A stretch of DNA of 64,000 nucleotides from Squalus acanthias (lineage: Eukaryota). Under the pieces are notes generated by a model. The model made no database searches and was not told the DNA's origin. It saw nothing but the letters and a program-made list of their open reading frames with translations. Of the stretch, positions 15,001-26,474 are shown piece by piece. The position numbers and the translations under genes were made by a program. The DNA lies in contig JASTWF010000036.1 in assembly GCA_030390025.1 (NCBI GenBank), forward strand, positions 1,612,001-1,676,000, written 5' to 3'. Each line of letters opens with the position of its first letter. Within the stretch, counting starts at the first letter, position 1.

Positions 15001-16405
15001 CCAGTGTATGGAACCCGTGTGCCAGTGTATGGAACTCGTGTGCCAGTGTATGGAACCCGTGTGCCAGTGTATGGAACCCATGTGCCAGTGTATGGAACCC
15101 TTGTGCCAGTGTATGGAACCCGTGTGCCAGTATATGGTGCCCGTGTGCCAGTGTATGGTACCCATGTGCCAGTGTATGGAACACGTGTGCCAGTGTATGG
15201 AACCCATGTGCCAGTGTATGGTACCCGTGTTCCAGTGTATGGAACCCGTGTGTCAGTGTATGGTGCCCATGTGCCAGTATATGGAACCCTTGTGCCAGTG
15301 TATGGAACCCGTGTGTCAGTGTATGGTGCCCGCGTGCCATTGTATGGTACCCATGTGCCAGTTTATGGTACCCGTGTGCCAGCATATGGCACCCCTGTGC
15401 CAGTTTATGGTACCCGTGTGCCAGCATATGGCACCCGTGTGCCAGCGTATGGTACCCATGTGCCAGTTTATGGTACCCGTGTGCCAGTGTATGGTACCTA
15501 TGTGCCAGTGTATGGAACCCGTGTGCCAGCGTATGGCACCCCTGTGCCAGTTTATGGAACCCGTGTGCCAGTGTATGGAGCCCGTGTGCCAGTATATGGT
15601 GCCCGCGTGCCACTGTATGGTACCCATGTGCCAGTTTATGGTACCCGTGTGCCAGTGTATGGAACCCGTGTGCCAGTGTATGGCACCCCTGTGCCAGTTT
15701 ATGGTACCCCGTGCCAGTGTATGGAGCCCGTGTGCCAGTGTATGGAACCCGTGTGCCGGTGTATGGTACCCATGTGCCAGTTTATGGTACCCGTGTGCCA
15801 GTGTATGGTACCTATGTGCCAGTGTATGGAACCCGTATGCCAATGTATGGAGCCCGTGTGCCAGTGTATGGTACCCATGTGCCAGTGTATGGTACCCATG
15901 TGCCAGTGTATGGAATCCGTGTGCCAGTGTATGGTGCCCGTGTGCCAGTGTATGGAACCCGTGTGTCAGTGTATGGTGCCCGTGTGCCAGTGTATGGAAC
16001 CCGTGTGCCAGTGTATGGTGCCCGTGTGCCAGTGTATGGAACCCAGTGTGCCAGTGTATGGTGCCCATGTGCCAGTGTATGGTGCCCGTGTGCCAGTGTA
16101 TGGTGCCTGTGTGTCAGTGTATGGTACCCATGTGCCAGTGTATGGTGCCCATGTGCCAGTGTATGGTGCCCATGTGCCAGTGTATGGTGCCCATGTACCA
16201 GAGTATGTTACCCATGTGCCAGCCTATGGAACCTGTGTGCCAGCATATGGTACCCATATGCCAGCCTATGGTACCCATGTGCCAATGTATGGAACCCGTG
16301 TGTCAGTGTATGGTACCCGTGTGCCAGTGTATGGTACCCATGTGCCAGTGTATGGTACCCATGTGCCAGTGTAGGGAACCCGTGTGCCAGTGTATGGAAC
16401 CCGTG
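1..16405. repeat. 21-bp satellite (consensus GTGTGCCAGTGTATGGAACCC), about 780 monomers, truncated by the left window edge
   Basis: Direct tandem periodicity of 21 bp. Near-identical monomers at 1-~2870, variant-rich monomers with ~1.9-2.4-kb higher-order periodicity at ~2900-13600, and diverged monomers to ~16405. Confidence 0.99.
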
Positions 16406-16821
16406 AGCACAATGGCATGGCACAATTCACGCATCAAAAAGATGCCTGGTAGTTCCAGCGCTCCACGAGCACGTTCGTACTGCGCCAGTTTCAATGAGCT
16501 GCTCCATGATTTTTTTGGGAGGGTAGAGTGTCAACAGGATTAGATTGGTTGGGAGGAGAACGCCTTGTAGGTCAATTAATAATGTAGATCATCAACACTC
16601 ATTCAGTTCTCTGAGTGATGAGCAGTTTTGCTGTGAAAGTCCCCTTATTGATAATATTCGCAGACTAGCCTTCAAAATGCCAATCTTGTATTCCAGTCTT
16701 CCCCGGTGTAAGCTCATTTTCAAGTTCATGCCACACACAAAATGTAATTAAGTTTCTATCCCCATTTAACTGAACTCTGACGCTGTTCACTGGTGATATC
16801 CATTTTTGCCTAAATCTAATG

Positions 16822-17368
16822 CAACAACAACTTGTATTTAAATAGCTCCGTGAACACAGAAAGATGCCGACTCAGAGAGGAAGATATTGGGAGGGGTGAC
16901 CAGAAGCTTGGTCAAAGAGGTGGGTTTTAAGGAGGGTCTTAAAGGAGGAGAGGGAAGTCGGGAGACGGAAGACTTTAAGGAGGGAATCTCAGAGAGTGAG
17001 GTCCATGTCAGCCATGGCTCAGTTGGTAGCACTCTCACTTCTGACTCAGAAGGTTGTGAGGTTCAAGTCCCATACGAGCAACTTGAGCATAAAAATCTAG
17101 GCTGACACTCCAGTGCTGCACTGTCGGAGGTGCTTTCTTTCGGATGAGACGTTAAACCTCAGGTGGACATAAAAGATCCCATGGCAGTATTCCAAGAAGA
17201 GCAGTGGAGTTCTCCCCGGTGTCCTGGGGCCAATATTTATCCCTCAACCAACATCACTAAAACAGATTATCTGGTCATTATCACATTGCTGTTTGTGGGA
17301 GCTTGCTGTGCGCCAATTGGCTGCCGCATTTCCTACATAAGGCACGGCCGCCAATGGTGGGGCAGAAA
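16822..17368 (-). mobile_element. L2 LINE 3' fragment interrupted by a Deu-SINE
   Basis: CAACAACAACTTGTATTTA tail and GACCAGAAGCTTGGTCAAAGAGGTGGGTTTTAAGGAG match the other L2 copies in the window. The element resumes at ~17338 (AAGGCACGGCCGCCAATGGTGG). Confidence 0.75.
17006..17340 (+). mobile_element. tRNA-derived Deu-SINE (SacSINE1/AmnSINE1-like), 3' truncated
   Basis: A box TGGCTCAGTTGG, B box GGTTCAAGTCC, and the AAAGATCCCATGGC...TTGCTGTTTGTGGGAGCTTGCTGTGCG core shared with other copies. Confidence 0.85.
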
Positions 17369-18062
17369 GCTGGTCGTTAAAAATCAGGGTACAATAACTT
17401 CTGATAAAGCTGTGCTCTGAGACATTACTCTGGCTTCATTTACACTGGCGACTGGAGATGTTGCGATCGAACTTATCCCAAAGTCCAGACAAATTCATGT
17501 TTAACTTTAGTTGTTGAAGCTTTGAAGGGACCACCGGCATTGATTTGTCTCACTGTTGTATCCCAAACCTCAGCGATGGGTCTGAGGTAGAACTGGTTGA
17601 TAGCTTGGGGGTGGAGTAGCTTGAGAGCCCTCTCTCCGTAATTTTTAGCGCACTGGTTGATGTGTTTACAGCAAATTCCTGTGTGCGTTGTTTTAACTAA
17701 ACTATTAACCCTTTTAAAGTCAGACGCAGGAACGTGATGCACCTGTGCTAACCAGTGTGCCAAAATTAGCAAAGGGAGGAATTTCAAATTCCTGAAATTT
17801 ATCCTCCTGAGTGATCTATTCACGAGATGTTAATACAGTATTTGACACTGAGGCCACACCAGCTTTTTGATAAATTAAGACCTGCCAAATAATATTCTTT
17901 AAAACGTTATTCCAATTTCCTGAATCTGAGCTACAATGCACTCCTGTTAATTGTTTCACCAGCACAATCTATCTTCAGTCTCAGTATTAGTGAGCTAGTG
18001 GGGGGGGGGCGGGGGGGGGATACTCAAATCGGGATCCTGCTCCTCAGCACTATCCAATGATC

Positions 18063-18342
18063 AAAGAAAAAGAGAATTTGTATTTAGATAGTGCCTTTCA
18101 GTCCTCAGGGCATTCAAAGTGTCAACTGTGGCTCAGTGGGTTGCCTCGAAATCAGAAAGTCGTGGGTTCAGGCCCCACTTCTACAGACATAATCTAGGCT
18201 GACACTCCAGTGCAGTACTGAGGGAGCGCTGTGCTGTCTTTTGGATGAGAAGTTAAACCGAGGTCCCATCTGCCCTCTCAGTTGGATGTAAAAGATCCCA
18301 TGGTACTATTCGAAGAAGAGCAGGGGAGTTCTCCCAGTGTCC
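18063..18342. mobile_element. Two Deu-SINE fragments (3' end on minus ~18063-18119; 5' half on plus ~18120-18342)
   Basis: Diverged matches to the SINE tail, and to the tRNA head and Deu core. Confidence 0.7.
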
Positions 18343-18930
18343 TTCCACTTGACTCTGTGTAAAGCCTGTCAGTAGCCATTCAGGTCTAAACTGAGTCCAC
18401 ATCAGAAAATCCAGGCTGGTCTGGTCTGTTCTTGTATACTGTGAGGACCTTTGAGATAAAGAGGACAATATATGCAGTGTAGAGAAAGCAGCCTGAGAAC
18501 CAAAGTGGGTTGCATTGTAAAAGTGTTAGCCTTCTAACCTCTGGATTACATCAGCCCTTTGTGTTGTGAATAACTAAGCTCTCGGGCCGCTTTCACAGAA
18601 GTATTTTGAGAAGAGTTTGTTCTTCCAAGTTCCTGAGAACTGACCTCGGTCAAGCTTAAAGTACTGGAGGAATCAATGGATGTAAATACTCACGGCCACA
18701 AACCCTCTTCAAGTTTGCACATAGGTCAATAGGTGAGGAAAGAGCCATTTCTTTCCATAAGAAGTTATGTACTGTGATTCCAGCTTTCTGAAAGTTGTTG
18801 TAGATCTGTCGGTAAACCATTCAGATTGATCAGCAAAGGAGCTCAGACTGACCAGTCCTGCGCTCCTTATTTCAGTCAGTAAATAACAGGGGATAAAGGT
18901 TTCTTGGGGGAAAGGGGAGGGAAGAATAAA

Positions 18931-19998
18931 CTTACATAGAATGTACAGCACAGAAACAGGCCATTCGACCCAACTGGTCTATGCCGGTGTTTATGCTCCA
19001 TAGGAGCCTCCTCCCACCCCTCTTCATCTCACCCTATCAACATATCCTTCTATTCCTTTCACCCTCATGTACTTAGCTTTCCCTTAAATGCATCTATACT
19101 AGTCACCTCAACCACTCCCTGTGGTAGCGAGTTCCACATTCTAACCATTCTCTGGGTAAAGAAGTTTCTCCTGAATTCCCTATTGGATTTATTAGTGACT
19201 ATCTTATATTTATGGCCCCTAGTTTTGGACTCCGCCACAAATGGAAACATCTTCTCTACATCAACCCTATCAAACCCCTTCATAATTTTAAAGACCTCTA
19301 TTACGTCACTCCCCAGCCTTCTCTTTTCCTGATAGTTATAACCTCTCAGTTCTGGTATCATTCTAGTAAATCTTTTTTTCACCTTCGCCTGTGCCGCTAT
19401 ATCCTTTTTGCAGTATGGAGACCAGAAATGTGCACAGTATTCCACGTGTGGTCGAACCAAGGTTCTATATAAGTTTAACATAACTTCTCTGCTCTTCATA
19501 GAATCATAGAATGAGACAGCACAGAAGGAGGCCATTCAGCCCATCGTGCCTGTGCCAGCTCTTTTGTAGAGCTATCCAATTAGTCCCACTCTCCCGCTCT
19601 TTCCCCATAGCCCTGTAAATTTTTGTCCCTTCAAGTATTTATCCAATTCCCCTTTTGAATGTTACTATTGAATCTGCTTCTACCGCCCTTTCGGGCAGTG
19701 CGTTCCAGATCACAACAACTCGCTGTGTAAAAAAATGTTTAGTCATGTCGCCTCTGGTTCTTTTGCCAGTCACCTTATGTGTCCTCTGGTTACCAACCCT
19801 TCTGCCAATGAGAACAGTTTCTCCTTATTTACTCTATCAAAACCATTCATAATTTTGAACAAATCTCCCTTAACCTTCTCTGCTCTAAGGAGAACAACCC
19901 CAGCTTCTCCAGTCTCTCCACATAACTGAAGTCCCTCATCCCCTGGTACCATTCTGGTCATTTCTATTCCTCTAGAAATGAACCCCAGTGTTTTGTTC
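18931..19998 (-). mobile_element. CR1 LINE 3' end (ORF2 C-terminus), with a second CR1 nested at 19497-19957
   Basis: ORF 19065-19535 reads LYRTLVRPHVEYCAHFWSP...FFTQRMVRMWNSLP (CR1 ORF2 C-terminus). A second CR1 tail (CATAGAATCATAGAAT) starts at ~19497 and the host resumes at ~19960. Confidence 0.9.
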
Positions 19999-21219
19999 AT
20001 AAAAATAAATAAAAGTGATTGTATACAAAGAAAATCTTTGGATGTACTGCATGTACTGCAAACCCACAGTTATTGGGAGGGCAAAAATAATTACACTGGA
20101 AATAACTGAGAATAAAAGATTTGGGGGAGTGAAGGAAAAAGCAAGGTTATTTACATTTTAGGTAAGTTTTCTGAAGTGACAGGTATCTGTGAGGCCTGTA
20201 TCCTTCAGTGTCAGTAAGATGTCTAATATTTTTACCTCATGTCAGTCAGATTGCTTCAGTAAATTTGTTGTTTAATTACACTGATGTTTAGGCTACAGTG
20301 GGACCACAGTGAACACCAGGCCCCAGACAGCCTGTGAGCAGCACCACAGAAGATGCACTAGTAAAATATCTATAATATAGTAACACTCTTATGTCTTGGG
20401 CGTGCTTCCGTTATAAATTCCTAATGTTCACGTTTAGAATGGAAGCTGCCTATGTAAACTTGTCACACTGTAATTACACACTCCCACCAATGGTGGCGCT
20501 GTAGTTTGGTGTCTTCACAGCTCCTCGGTGTGTTCTGCAGAAAAGCTCAGCCTCTAATCCCACTTCACCTGAAGACTACGCTTGGTTTTGACTCCCCATG
20601 GGAGATCAACTAATATATTAATAAAAATATTCTTGACATTTTTTTTAAAAAAGGCAAGTCGAATTTCTTGTCACTATGGAGGGCCACCATTTTGGATGTC
20701 CTTACCTCTGTGCCACTTTGGTGATATTATTGATTGGGAGGAGCTCCACTTTTGTCTTGGAGCTGCTTCATCCGTCGAAACGGTTACTGTGACTTTTGAT
20801 GTGAACGTAGATCCAGAGCTGACAATCTTGGGAAAGCACACTATCTGGCTGGTGCTTGCATCACTCAGTACCTTCGACAGAGAGGATAATTGGAAGGAAC
20901 AATTGCATGCAGTGGAATCCTGTTCTACCAGTCACTGTTGGTCGTAATCAGCTGCTTCTGACAATCAGAATCTGCTTTCCAAAACCACAGCCCATCTGAC
21001 ACTACTGCGATAGTTCATAGTGATCAGTGCAGTCGTGGTCACTTTACTGGCTGTTTCACAGTATTGAAAGACAATTGGCTCAGTTGTAACATTGTTAATC
21101 TGTCAGATCTAACATATGAATGGGTAGTGTGGTATTACCAATGGGCTTCTAATTGTCTTCAGTTGGCCTTAAGCAGTTAACTGTAAAGCATCCTGAGGAT
21201 GCCTCAAGAGCTGCGTTTA

Positions 21220-21587
21220 TGCATTGATATAGCGCCTTTCACGACCTCAGGACGTCCCAATGCACTTTTACAGCCAATAAAGTACTTTTGAAGTGTAGTC
21301 TCTGTTGTAATGTCGGAAACACGGCAGTCAATTTGTGCACAGCAAGCTCCCACAAACAGCAATGTGATAATGACCAGATAATCTGTTTTAGTGATGTTAG
21401 TTGAGGGATAGATATTGGCCAGGACACACCGCGGAGAACTCCCCTGCTCTTCTTCGAAATAGTGCCATGGGATCTTTTACATCAACCCAAGAGGGCAGAC
21501 GGGGCCCCGGTTTAACGTCTCATCCGAAAGATGGCACCTTTGACAGTGCAGCATTCCCTCAGCACTGACCCTCCGACAGTGCAGCAC
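21220..21587 (-). mobile_element. Deu-SINE, 5' truncated
   Basis: Reverse-complement match to the SINE at 22315-22770. Confidence 0.9.
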
Positions 21588-22314
21588 AGGTCTTCTAATT
21601 GGGATTGCTCTGGCCACCAAACAGCTTGCGAATTACAGCTTTCAAACTGACCAGCTGTACTTTGACGGGGTGTAACCTAAACAACTTAGGCCCTACTCCA
21701 CTGTCACTGCGTAGTCAATTGATTGGTGTTGTAGAGACTTGGAGGAATGCTTCAGCAAGGGCTGCCTAATCGCACGCTAAGATATTTTCCCTCGTGTAAA
21801 TCTCTCACCGTGGTGATGTATAAACAGGCTGAGAACAAAACACTGACTTGGGTTAACATAGAGTGAAAATGGACCCCCGCGAATTTTTTTTGTAACGATT
21901 TCCCTCTTGAAATAGAGCATCAATTCTGTGTGCTGCCCTCACGCAGATAATTATATTCTTAGTAATGTTACATAGCTTCAGTAATATTGACGCAAACAAA
22001 CTGGAAAGATACTCTGGGTTTTTTTTGGATCCCTCCCTAATGACCAATTCTGAGCCAAACTTTCCTGCACATGCAGCCAAATCCTTATTAAAATGCAGCT
22101 CCGTATCAGATGTGAAAGGAAATAGTGATTTTCCTTTTTATACTGATGGCTAACATTTAATTCTAATGAGTGCTGGCCAGCCTTTCATTCAGGATCATTA
22201 CTTTGGGCTTAACTACATCCTATTAGAATGCAAAGACCGAGGTATTCACCAAGTGTCTATTTTTTAGTGGTTCAGTAGTTGTAATAGAAATGATTCCCCT
22301 ACCCCTTTCCTGAG

Positions 22315-22770
22315 TATCAGCCGTGGCTCAGTGGGCAGCACTCTCACCTCTGAGTCATGAAGGTTGTGGGTTCAAATCCCACTCCAGAGACTTGAGCACA
22401 AAAATCTAGGCTGACACTCCAGTGCAGTGCTGAGGGAGTGCTGCACTGACGGAGGTGCCGTCTTTCGGATGAGACGTTAAACCGAGGCCCCGTCTGCTCT
22501 CTCAGGTGGACGTAAAAGATCCCATGGCCACTATTTCGAAAGAAGAGCAGGGGAATTATCCCCAGTGTCCTGGCCAATATTTATCCCTCAATCATCATAA
22601 CAAAAAAACAAATGATCACATTGCTGTTTGTGGGAGCTTGCTGTGCGCAATTGGCTGCCACGTTTCCTATATTACAACAGTGACTACACTTCAAAAGTAC
22701 TTCATTGGCTGTAAAGCACTTTGGGATGTCCTGAGGTCGTGAAAGGAGCTATATAAATGCAAGTCTTTCT
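22315..22770 (+). mobile_element. Full-length tRNA-derived Deu-SINE (~455 bp)
   Basis: Pol III A box TGGCTCAGTGGG, B box GGTTCAAATCC, Deu-type core, and L2-like tail GCTATATAAATGCAAGTCTTTCT. Confidence 0.92.
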
Positions 22771-23015
22771 TAACATAACCTTTTCTCTAGAAACAGTGTC
22801 AAGTGGATGAATAGGTCACAGGGACCAACACTTACTCTCAGTGCAGAGCCTGCTTTGTGGTTGGCTGGGCCTAGGATCTTGCCTGAGATTTTCTACACTC
22901 CATTAGAAATGTTTGTTGCTTGCTTCTTGGAGAGAGAAGAAACCAGTATATTAGTCTACTGTCCCTTGCAGTCCTTGCATGAGGCAGTCACACAACCTTT
23001 CCATTCTTGTGCTAT

Positions 23016-23135
23016 CAACAACAACAACTTGTATTTATATAGCGCCTTTAGCATATTAAAATGTCCCAAGGCGCTTCACAGGAGTACTTTAAGACAAAAA
23101 ATTTGACACCTAGCCACATAAGGAAAAATTAGACG
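23016..23135 (-). mobile_element. L2 LINE 3' tail fragment
   Basis: CAACAACAACTTGTATTTATATAGCGCC...CCCAAGGCGCTTCACAGGAG...TTTGACACC matches the other L2 tails. Confidence 0.8.
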
Positions 23136-23858
23136 CAGATGCAAGAGTACTACCCACTGAGCCACGGTTGAATACAGAAATTTAATGTAATTTGCAATGC
23201 TGTTTCAGTGTTAATAAATTGATGGTGAGGGCTTTGAGTTTCTTTCCCTTGCTGAGGTCTGTAGGTTACTTACTGGGTAGTCTAGAGAAAGGTCAGAATT
23301 GCATTAGGGTTGGTCACATGCTTGAGCTGAGATTGGTGCCGGCAGTGGTGCAAAAAATAAATATTATCCATTCATTCACAGACTGCCATCACCCAGCTTC
23401 ATGAATGGAACCCAGTCCCCCACAAAATTATAGATAAATCCAAAGATCTCAATGACTCCAATGCCCACTGGAAATTTGAATGGTGTGACCTTGAAAATGC
23501 TTGTTTGTGATAGCGCCAACAACCAAATCCATAAAGCCTGTAAATAAAGATAAAGCCGATTTCTCATTGATATGCTAATGTTACAATTGCATTTCCATTT
23601 TAAATTGTGAATGTCCTTAATAGCTTGTTGTTCTCAAACAAGTTTTCCATCACACAGTATCTAGCTGAGTGACATTGTTTCAAATTGCAATGTCCCACAG
23701 AGCACTGTGAAGACAGCTCATTGTCTCCCAAGATGAAAGATCAAAGAACAAGGTCTTTTCATACAAGAGATAATCTGCAGATTTAAACGCTCTGGGGAAC
23801 GTATTTATTTCATATACAGCACAGTCTTCCCATTATCACAGTCAGTTTGTTGCACAAT

Positions 23859-24602
23859 GGCCCAGAATTTGCTGGGAAAGTAACGGTCAGTTTAATGCGC
23901 TCACCGTTATAAGTGTGTGCATAACCCAGTAACTTGTGGCGAGGAACAGATTGCCACAAATTGCTGGAGCATTTGCACCACTCCGCCATTAGCCTCGCGA
24001 AAATGGAAGCTCGCTCTTAACCTCCCTGTAAGTGTCAAGAAATTGCTGCATTTACGCTGTTAAAACAAATGAAACTCGCCGCAGAAAGTTAGGGCTGATA
24101 CTTCGTGACCTAAGGACCCTTTTAACGACGAGATTTATGTTCCTGCAATGCCACTCAACCTCTTCGGCCCAGAAACCAATCAGCTGAAATTGTGGCGTCT
24201 CATTCCAGCAGGTAGTAAATTGTTCCTAGATGTTTATAAAAATGAAAAACTTGAATTTTTTATCTTAACTTTCCTTTCTGTCTTTTTTCTCTCTCTTAAT
24301 CCAATCTTTCTTTCCCTCTCTTTATTTCTCTTTCTGTATCTAATTTGATTCTAATTCACCCAATCTCCTTCTCCGTCGCTCCGCTGTTTATTTCTCTATC
24401 CTTAAATCTCATTGGTTAAGGAGATAGACTGTTGGTCCCATCGTTCGCTGAGGTCCCAGATGCCCCATTGACCTTGCATGCCGATATCAGCTCGCGCTTC
24501 CAGCAATTTTCTGCATACAAATTTTTAAAGCTGAAGGATGAGGAAAAAGATCTAACAAACTGGGCACATGGCGAGATGCCCCACTGCAGCAAATTCTGGG
24601 CC
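23859..24602. mobile_element. Non-autonomous DNA transposon (MITE), PIF/Harbinger-like
   Basis: Perfect 16-bp terminal inverted repeat (TIR) GGCCCAGAATTTGCTG / CAGCAAATTCTGGGCC flanked by a 3-bp duplication AAT. No transposase. Confidence 0.88.
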
Positions 24603-25182
24603 AATATTACAATTCCAGATCTAATATTACAATACCCAATCTAATATCGTAATACCAAATCTAATATTACAACACCAAATCTAATACCATAATACTAAAT
24701 CTAATATTAAAATACCAAATCTACAACAACTTGCATTTATATAGCGGCTTTGACGTAGTAAAACGTCCCAAGGTGCTTCACAGGAGCGTTATCAAACAAA
24801 ATTTGACACCGAGCCACATAAGGAGATATTAGGACAGGTGATCAAAAGCTTGGTCAAAGAGGTAGGTTTTAAGGAGCGTCTTAAAGGCGGAGAGAGAGGT
24901 AGAGAGGTTTAGGGAGGGAATTCCAGAGCTTGGGGCCTGGACAGCTGAAGGCACAGCCACCAATGGTGGAGCGATGAAAATTGGGGATGCACAAGAGGCC
25001 AGAACTGGAGGAACGCAGAGATCTCGGAGGGTTGTCGGGCTGGAGGAGATTACAGAGATAGGGAGGGGCAAGGCCATGGAGGGATTTGAACACAAGGGTG
25101 AGAATTTTAAATCTAATATTGCAATACCAAATCTAATACCGTAATACCAAATAAAATATTACAACACCAAAACTAATATTAC
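24603..25182. repeat. 20-bp AT-rich minisatellite (AATATTACAATACCAAATCT-like), split by an L2 insertion
   Basis: About 6 units at 24603-24722 and about 3.5 units at ~25110-25182. Confidence 0.85.
24723..25110 (-). mobile_element. L2 LINE 3' end
   Basis: Minus ORF FKSLHGLAPPYLCNLLQP...RSLRSS...GGCAFSCPGPKLWNSLP (L2 ORF2 C-terminus) plus GTTGTTGT tail. Confidence 0.9.
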
Positions 25183-25611
25183 ATTTTTCACCGATTGATT
25201 TTTCCAATATAGCTTCCCTGGTTCTCAGCAGATCTAGCATGCTTTATGCAACCCCACAACAAGCAAATAAAACCTCTTGAGTATCTGATAACTGGAACAG
25301 AACTATATTTTTCAGTGGTACAGTCAAGCGTGTTGCATAATTGAGTATAAGTGTTTCAGCAGAAAATCTGTGTGACTGTCAGAAGCCACACATAGTTTGA
25401 TAAACTCTTTGGGGGATCATGTCATAGTTGTTTTTAGCTGTTTTGAGTGGGAGAGACATAATGCTGTTACAGTCAACTCCTGTTGATGTGAATGACTTGC
25501 CTACCATTACTTTCTTTTCATGGAGGAAGCTCTAGATAGCTTCTAGACTAGTTCACTGACCTTCTAACCAGTGTTTGCAACCAAGACCATCCAGGGTCAT
25601 CCAGATGGAGG

Positions 25612-26188
25612 GGTTCCCTAAGCTCGGGGAGTCTAAAACTAGGTGGCTATCAATCTTCTTCTTTCGTATGGGAGTAGCAAAGCAAATCAAATGTCAATAT
25701 CTAAGTCAGATATCCAGGCCAAAGCTTCCGGTGTAACGGTGTGGATATCTTGTAGGCTGCCTGCGAATTTCCTCCGAGGGCAGTGCCCAATGATGTGCTC
25801 CAGGATCTGATCGGGAGCTCCGCAGTCGCATGATGGGGACGCTTTAATCTTCCATCTATGGAGAAGGTGGCAGTATCTACCATGACCGGTTCTAAGATAA
25901 CCACGAATAAATCCAATAAGGAATTCAGGAGAAACATCTTTACTCAGGGAGTAGTTAGAATGTAGAACTTGCTACCACATGGAATGGTTGAGGAGAATAG
26001 CCCTTTAGCCTGTCCCCTTTAAGGGGAAGCTAGATAAGTGCATGAGGGAGAGAGGAATAGAAGGATATGCTGATAGGGTGAGATGAAGTGGGGTGGGAGG
26101 AGGCTCGTGTGGAGCATAAACACCAGCACGGACCAGTTGGGCCGAATGTCCTGTTTCTGTGCTGTACATTCTATGTAATTCTATGTAA
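25612..26188 (+). mobile_element. CR1 LINE 3' end, interrupted at 25654-25893
   Basis: GGGGAGTCTAAAACTAGG left of the insert, then AATAAATCCAATAAGGAATTCAGGAGAAAC... to the ATTCTATGTAATTCTATG tail. Same family as 63481-64000. Confidence 0.85.
25654..25893 (-). mobile_element. Ingi/Vingi-like (I-group) non-LTR retrotransposon 3' end
   Basis: Minus strand 25893-25687 translates RTGHGRYCHLLHRWKIKASPSCDCGAPDQILEHIIGHCPRRKFAGSLQDIHTVTPEALAWISDLDIDI* (C-x-C...H...C knuckle). It is followed by a short UTR and a CATACGAAAGAAGAAGA tail. Clade call is from recalled motifs. Confidence 0.72.
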
Positions 26189-26474
26189 AGCTGGCATTCC
26201 CTCCATCAGTATCATTCAAGCACATCCATTGGCTCCTGGTCCAAGGAATGAGTGGCATTCACAGCAGGCAGTGTCAGTGGGTCAGGCCATTACTACCCTC
26301 CAAACTGCACAGATAGCATGGGAGGAAAAAGAAAATAACACTAAAAATAAATGTAATAAAATAGCTGTGTATATATAAATATTTCTGTGTGTGCTCATCA
26401 CCATTTATGCTCAATCTCGAAGTACCCAGTGAAATATAATGTTTATTGCTGTTCAATGCTAGCTTAGAAACTTG

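Noticed and set aside
10..16543. Long Cys-rich/His-rich ORFs resembling metallothionein or keratin-associated proteins
   Set aside because: They are translations of a stop-free 21-bp satellite, open in all six frames with frequent frame-shifting indels and no unique coding sequence.
20582..20947. 121-aa ORF as a host exon
   Set aside because: No recognisable domain or convincing splice context. Its length is compatible with chance.
22315..22390. tRNA gene
   Set aside because: The A/B boxes belong to the tRNA-derived head of a multi-copy SINE and continue into the SINE body. No full cloverleaf is evident.
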